Shown: one piece after another, positions 33,186 to 37,907 of the stretch
How positions within the stretch are numbered: position 1 is the stretch's first letter
Layout of the letters: each line of letters starts with the position of its first letter
IMG/VR virus record: IMGVR_UViG_3300042196_000209
Location: 1-37,907 of that record
Length of the DNA stretch: 37,907 nt
Source: a virus
Taxonomy: Duplodnaviria; Caudoviricetes
Reading direction: 5' to 3' (one strand)
Program-made: the position numbers and the translations under genes
The notes under the pieces: model-generated
Database searches by the model: none
Told to the model about the DNA's origin: nothing
The model's input: only the letters and a program-made list of their open reading frames with translations

Positions 33186-34997
33186 CTAGCCCGCCGCGTT
33201 CGGCAGATAGGGGAAGTTGTTCAGTAGCAGGGTGTGGTCGAACACTGGGTCGGCGCCCGCGTCGAGGGACAGCGGGATGGTGATCGGGGCGTCCTGCTCC
33301 ACGTTCAGCCTGGCGTTGCCCAGGGTGACCTGGGGCACGCTGACGGCCCAGCCGGCGTTGTTCTTGACGACGGCGAAGTCGAACGCGACGCTCTCGTTGT
33401 TGCGCACGGCCTCCTTGGACGTCACGTCGGCGAAGTACGCGGTGATGGACGCTGAGACCACGAACTGGCCGGGGGAGACGTCGAATGCCCCCAGAACGGC
33501 CACGGCCTTGTTTGCCTGCAGACTGTTGTCGATCGTGAGGTTGAACTCTGTCACGAACGCGAACAGTGGCAGGCCGGTGGACAAGCGCGTCAGCTTCAGA
33601 CGGGAGAAGTTGGAGCTTGTATTAAAGGCCTCCTCCTTCTCCAGTGCAGGCCTGGCCCCAGCCTTGACGCCTACCGTACCGGTCCTGGTCTCCTCGTCGA
33701 GGGCCAGGAATGCCATGTCGCACTCGATCTTGCCGGCCGTGCCGACGTTGAACTGGAACGTGGACCCCACCGCGCCGACCTCGTACTGGGACTGGATGCC
33801 GACGCCGTCGTTGCCGAGCGTGCGCTCCAGCTGGTAGCTGCGGCACACGATAAGCGCGGGGTCGGCCTCGTTCTTCAGCGTCTCGGGCAGGAACAGCCTG
33901 ACGGTCTCCGTAGTGGAGGCCTCGGCGATCATGTCCTCGCCGCCCAGGTCGACCTCCAGGCGCCCGGCCACGATCGAGTAGACGCGCTTGAAGCCGTTGT
34001 TCTCGGGGTTGGCGAGGCCCAGTGCCGCTGCGTCACCGCCGACGAAGACCCACGCGCCCGGGACCAGGCCCAGGGTCGTGAAGTTCAGCGTGGTGGAGGT
34101 GTATGCGTTCTTGGCGCCACCGCCCGGCACGTCGACGTCGACGTCGCCGGCCGCGGCCTGGAAGCCCGCCACCGTGATCTTGCCGGCCGCTGGGGCCACG
34201 GCCTCGTCGACGACGTCCTCATCGACCGTCACTACGCCTGGGCCCACTACGGTCAGGCGCTTGAGGCCGTTGTTGGCCGCGTTCGTGAAGCCCTCGACCA
34301 GGACGAGGTTGCCGGCCTGGAAGCCGGCCTCGTCGTTCATGTAGAGAAGCTCGTTGACGCCGTCGACCGACACCCTGCGCTGCAGCAGCCTGGTGGCGTC
34401 GTCCACGCCGGCGCTGGAGAACGCGACGAGCACTGGGACGGTGGCGACGGCGTCCGCGTGGCTCTCCGCCACGCTGAAGTTGCCCGCGTCTACGCGCACG
34501 ATCCAGTACTCGGTGTCCTCGAGGATGTTGCCCGGCAGCGTGCCGGAGCCCTCGACGAAGTGGAACGGGCCGTCGCCGGTCAGTAGGCCGTGCGCGCCGA
34601 CCGCGAAGTTGATGTCGCCGCCGACGTCAGACGCGGTGTACTGGACGGGCGTGAACGTCACCCCGGCCAGGCCACCGACGAGCGGGCCGACGTCCGTCGG
34701 CTGCGGGCGCCAGTCCGCGAACATGAAGCCCTGCAGGATGTCGCGCAGCTTCTTCTGCACGAAGTCCTGGCTGAAGCCACCGGACGCGTCGAGGTCGGTA
34801 GTGACGCCCTTCTGTCGCTGACGGCTCTCGTTGATCGGGTTGCGGGCCTGTGTGGTGATCTGCCCGCCGAAGTCAGAGTAGCTGTTCGGCTCGTAAGCCA
34901 CCCACACTGGGGAGGCCGGCAGCGTCTTCAGCGAGGCCTCCTCCGCGATGCGCAGGCCTGATACGTTGCCGCTCTTAGAGTTCTCTCCACAAGACAT
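33186..34997 (-). CDS. Major tail tube protein with internal accessory domains
   Basis: EPNSYSDFGG.I....RNPIN..RQ..KG..TDLDASGG; position in the tail module; 603 aa. Confidence 0.85.
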   Translation of the reverse strand: MSCGENSKSGNVSGLRIAEEASLKTLPASPVWVAYEPNSYSDFGGQITTQARNPINESRQRQKGVTTDLDASGGFSQDFVQKKLRDILQGFMFADWRPQPTDVGPLVGGLAGVTFTPVQYTASDVGGDINFAVGAHGLLTGDGPFHFVEGSGTLPGNILEDTEYWIVRVDAGNFSVAESHADAVATVPVLVAFSSAGVDDATRLLQRRVSVDGVNELLYMNDEAGFQAGNLVLVEGFTNAANNGLKRLTVVGPGVVTVDEDVVDEAVAPAAGKITVAGFQAAAGDVDVDVPGGGAKNAYTSTTLNFTTLGLVPGAWVFVGGDAAALGLANPENNGFKRVYSIVAGRLEVDLGGEDMIAEASTTETVRLFLPETLKNEADPALIVCRSYQLERTLGNDGVGIQSQYEVGAVGSTFQFNVGTAGKIECDMAFLALDEETRTGTVGVKAGARPALEKEEAFNTSSNFSRLKLTRLSTGLPLFAFVTEFNLTIDNSLQANKAVAVLGAFDVSPGQFVVSASITAYFADVTSKEAVRNNESVAFDFAVVKNNAGWAVSVPQVTLGNARLNVEQDAPITIPLSLDAGADPVFDHTLLLNNFPYLPNAAG

Positions 34998-35010
34998 GTC
35001 CTGTCCTCCT

Positions 35011-35454
35011 TCACTTCAGTGTGTCGTATCGGAACTCCGCGACGACGTTCAACTGGAACCACTTATCTGTGGGTCCGACCTCGGTCATGCGGACGTCCCT
35101 GAAGCACACCTGCTCCTCCGGACCCGCGGTCTTGCCTTCGAAGGCATTCACGGCTATCTTACCCAGCCGGCGAGCCAGCGTAACCCCATCGCCACGCCTG
35201 ACGAACACCTGGACTGTCACCAGGCCGACCCGGTCGAACAGCCTGTTCCCCATCTCGCCGAGCGTGGCCTGGTTGCCGAGCGTGTGCTCGACCCTGACGC
35301 GCGCCCACGGTGCGTTCGGCGGGGCCAGCGGCTCTAGGTTGTCCCACTCGACCGGAGGTACGGACCCCGCGATCGCCGCGGCGTCGGCGTCCCACTGGGT
35401 CTTGAACCTCTCCTGCACCGCGTCGGCCGCGGTCTCGAAGTCCAGTGATGCCAT
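35011..35454 (-). CDS. Tail terminator protein
   Basis: PWARV.V.H...QATLG...R.G.V.VQVF...WFQ.NV..EF.YD; position in the tail module. Confidence 0.8.
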   Translation of the reverse strand: MASLDFETAADAVQERFKTQWDADAAAIAGSVPPVEWDNLEPLAPPNAPWARVRVEHTLGNQATLGEMGNRLFDRVGLVTVQVFVRRGDGVTLARRLGKIAVNAFEGKTAGPEEQVCFRDVRMTEVGPTDKWFQLNVVAEFRYDTLK

Positions 35455-35825
35455 CAGCGCTTCACCCTAAGCTCGTACAGCAGGGCCACGTCGGCGGGCC
35501 TGAGCGTCAGTACCGTGACGACCTCCCACACGTCGGCCCCGTCGACCACTCGGTCCTTGCCGATCGGCACGACGGCCCCCAGCGTCTTCGCGTCGACCAG
35601 CACGATCGACTGGTCCTCCGGTATCTCCTCGCCGGAGAGGAAGCTCCTCTCGGTGTCGAGGAAGACGCCTACGCAGACGGCGTCCGCTGTCGCCTCCGCG
35701 CCCGGGACCCAGGGCTTGCCTGGGTCCGGCGCCGAGGCCGTGGTCACCTTCCTCAGTGAGACGGGCCTGCCGAACTCCAGTATAAGCTCCTGCGCGACGG
35801 CCGCGAGCTCTGCGTAGTCAGCCAC
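35454..35825 (-). CDS. Head closure / head-tail joining protein
   Basis: LI.EFGR.V.LR...KPW; position. Confidence 0.7.
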   Translation of the reverse strand: MADYAELAAVAQELILEFGRPVSLRKVTTASAPDPGKPWVPGAEATADAVCVGVFLDTERSFLSGEEIPEDQSIVLVDAKTLGAVVPIGKDRVVDGADVWEVVTVLTLRPADVALLYELRVKR

Positions 35826-36330
35826 GGACAACGCCCCCGCCGTGCCTGGTCAGCGCGGCCATCAGCCTGTCGGCCTTCGGGTACGCCTTAAGCGTGGTGG
35901 TCGCACCGCCGGCCCTATAGGTGTCCTCGGTCTCGATCGGCCCGACCTTGCGACGGCGCCCGACGAGCGCTGGGTCCAGCACTGGGTCCGGCGCGAGCTC
36001 GGCCGTGGCAGCCCTGAGCGCGTACTCGGCGACGGCCTGGGCGAGCTTCGGGGGCACGCCCTCGAGAATGAAGCCGTCGTCGTCGTAGGCCTCCTCACGG
36101 GGCCAGCCGAGGCCCTGCGTCTCGAGCGTCCGCGGTCCGCCGCGGTAGGCCCGGCCCCAACGGAGCTCTACGTAGTCCGTCGCCTTGATGATGGCGGCCT
36201 GCCTGACCGCGCCGACGGTGACTGCAGACACGTCGTTCGCGCGCTCAGCGTGATAGTCGCCGAAGAAGGTCTCTGTGATGTACGCGTTCGCGCCGGCGAC
36301 GCCGGTTCCGTCCTCAACCGTGAATGTCAT
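35818..36330 (-). CDS. Head-tail adaptor (DnaT-like family)
   Basis: FTVEDGTG..GANAY...ATDY...Q.L.WPR...KVGPIE..Y. Confidence 0.82.
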   Translation of the reverse strand: MTFTVEDGTGVAGANAYITETFFGDYHAERANDVSAVTVGAVRQAAIIKATDYVELRWGRAYRGGPRTLETQGLGWPREEAYDDDGFILEGVPPKLAQAVAEYALRAATAELAPDPVLDPALVGRRRKVGPIETEDTYRAGGATTTLKAYPKADRLMAALTRHGGGVVRG

Positions 36331-36620
36331 CGCGCCTCTCCCCACGCCTCGGAGTTGACAAGGTCCCGTACCACCTCGAGGTCACGCTCGTCGTAGGCCC
36401 TGAGCACCGCCGGCATATCAAAGACCTCGCGCGTCGTGACGCCCGAGACCTTGACCACCGCCAGCGTGCCGGAGGCGTTGCGGCTCACCGACAGTTTGTG
36501 ATCGCCGCGGCGACCGTGCGCGACGGCCAGAACCTCCAGCGTTGTGGCGCTGTCCGGGTCTGTCAGATCCACAACGGCCCAAACCAGTCGGACTGGGTTC
36601 TTATTCCTCATCATAGCCAT
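36327..36620 (-). CDS. Hypothetical protein
   Basis: ATGA coupling to the adaptor gene. Confidence 0.6.
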   Translation of the reverse strand: MAMMRNKNPVRLVWAVVDLTDPDSATTLEVLAVAHGRRGDHKLSVSRNASGTLAVVKVSGVTTREVFDMPAVLRAYDERDLEVVRDLVNSEAWGEAR

Positions 36621-36622
36621 GG

Positions 36623-37906
36623 TCAGTCGCTCGGGCTGGAGGAGGCGTCGGTGAGGGCACCGACCTCGGTGAAGCCGCCGCCGGAGCCCTTGTTCGTGTG
36701 CCAGTCGACCGTTGGGCCTGAGAAGTATACCAGCGGGGTCGCGCTGAGCGGGTCCTCGCCGTTCGCGCCCAACTCTACCGGCTTGCCGCCGATCGAGATG
36801 AACTTGCGGCGGTTGGCCTCCACTGTAAAATCCAGGAACTCATTTGTGAAGTACACTTCAGCCAGGTCTCCATTCAACTTATTAGCGCCTGCAGTATCAG
36901 CACCAATACTCCAGTTTGTCTGTATCCAACGAATGATGCCGTCCAGGTTGAACGTGTCTATAAGCAGGGACTCAGCAATATCATTGATATATAGGGATCG
37001 GTCTCCAGTCTCAGAGTTCACTGATGCCAACACATGCAGCCACCCTGAGGCGGCCAGGGCTTTTGTGGTAGAACGGCCTAACCAGACGCTTGTGCCTGCG
37101 GCGTCCGTAAAGGCGACTTGCATCTCGTCGGTGCCTATCCGCTCCATAGGTCGCGCTGCGAATACTACATGGTCCAACAGCGTCGGCCCGGCATCGTCGT
37201 TGACGAAATTTACCCAGAATGAATATATGCCCTTCTTGTTATCGGTTGCGCCGTCCAAACCGGCGTCACGTGTTAGGAAATCGTTCGTACCGTCAAAATG
37301 TACGGCATTCACTACGATCTCAGCGGGGTCTGTCGGGAGAGCAATGACAGTGACGACGGTCTGTGGCGTGTTGCTGGCGTTCGTGCCGTCGGTGGCGGAG
37401 AACTCGACGGTCCTGTCACCCTCGGTCGGCGTGATCATGGTGTTCTCGTAGGTGACGGTGCGCAGCACCTCCTGGAAGCCCGCGGGCGACGCTGGACCCG
37501 TTAGGGTGAGCGTCGGCGCGGCGTATAACTTCGTGATGCCTGTGGCACCCACGTCCGCGTCGAGCAGCTCCTCGCCGGTGTCTACCAAGTCGGTGACGGT
37601 GACCGTCATGGACTCCAGTGTGGGGCTGTCGCCGTCGGACACGACGGCTGTAGCGTCCGCTATGAATACGGCGGGGTCGCCCTCAGTGAAGACCGCTGCG
37701 AAGTCCGCCCCGCCCGCCGCGCCGTTCAGGTCTATGACGGGCGCGAGTATGTCCGCCGCCTGCGAGCCGGCGATCAGGCGGCGTCGGCCGAACGGATCAA
37801 CCACGTACAGACTGATCGCGCCGTTGGACGCGCCGGCGTCCTTGACCACGTTGACCGCGCGGCCCTGCTCGACGTAGTGGCCGTCGTGTACCTCGTCCGC
37901 CTCCAG
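36623..37906 (-). CDS. Virion decoration/adhesion protein with a cadherin-like repeat and a LamG-like domain; 5' truncated by the window edge
   Basis: Frame open to the window end; PVIDLNG...FTEGD...D.DS..L...LTLTG.AS...FQ.VLR.VTY.N; AVHFDGTNDFL...WLHVL. Confidence 0.7.
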   Translation of the reverse strand: MEADEVHDGHYVEQGRAVNVVKDAGASNGAISLYVVDPFGRRRLIAGSQAADILAPVIDLNGAAGGADFAAVFTEGDPAVFIADATAVVSDGDSPTLESMTVTVTDLVDTGEELLDADVGATGITKLYAAPTLTLTGPASPAGFQEVLRTVTYENTMITPTEGDRTVEFSATDGTNASNTPQTVVTVIALPTDPAEIVVNAVHFDGTNDFLTRDAGLDGATDNKKGIYSFWVNFVNDDAGPTLLDHVVFAARPMERIGTDEMQVAFTDAAGTSVWLGRSTTKALAASGWLHVLASVNSETGDRSLYINDIAESLLIDTFNLDGIIRWIQTNWSIGADTAGANKLNGDLAEVYFTNEFLDFTVEANRRKFISIGGKPVELGANGEDPLSATPLVYFSGPTVDWHTNKGSGGGFTEVGALTDASSSPSD

Positions 37907-37907
37907 G

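Noticed and set aside
1-37907. Stop-codon reassignment
   Set aside because: Conserved genes are full length under code 11, and TAG, TGA and TAA all terminate genes at expected positions.

Overview
A GC-rich fragment of a tailed dsDNA phage with siphovirus architecture. The GTA-like tail-tip genes and CtrA-like boxes point, by inference, to an alphaproteobacterial host. The + strand (1-11.4 kb) carries replication and nucleotide metabolism: family A DNA polymerase, HD hydrolase, SNF2 helicase, an MBD4-like glycosylase, a MazG-like pyrophosphatase fused to a dNMP kinase, a thymidylate synthase homologue, tRNA-Arg(CCT), dCMP deaminase, DHFR and a PD-(D/E)xK nuclease. An ~80-bp inverted duplication of a promoter (11.96-12.24 kb) drives divergent small early-type genes, followed by an AAA+ ATPase, a Toprim protein, a cupin and a SleB-like hydrolase. 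The - strand (18.2-37.9 kb) carries tail, head-tail and lysis genes. Four things stand out. (1) The TS homologue has Asp at the Asn177 specificity position. Together with the neighbouring DHFR, deaminase, pyrophosphatase-kinase and MBD4-like T:G glycosylase, this suggests a nucleotide-level 5-methylcytosine genome with its own deamination-repair enzyme. (2) A 298-bp transposase-less cassette (23-bp terminal inverted repeats, 8-bp target duplication) carrying only a MazG-like gene has split an HNH-type endonuclease gene. (3) The DNA polymerase appears to start at a non-canonical ATA. (4) Mirror-image promoters carry CtrA-like YTAA-N7-YTAA boxes. All functional calls come from motif recognition by eye; no database searches were run.
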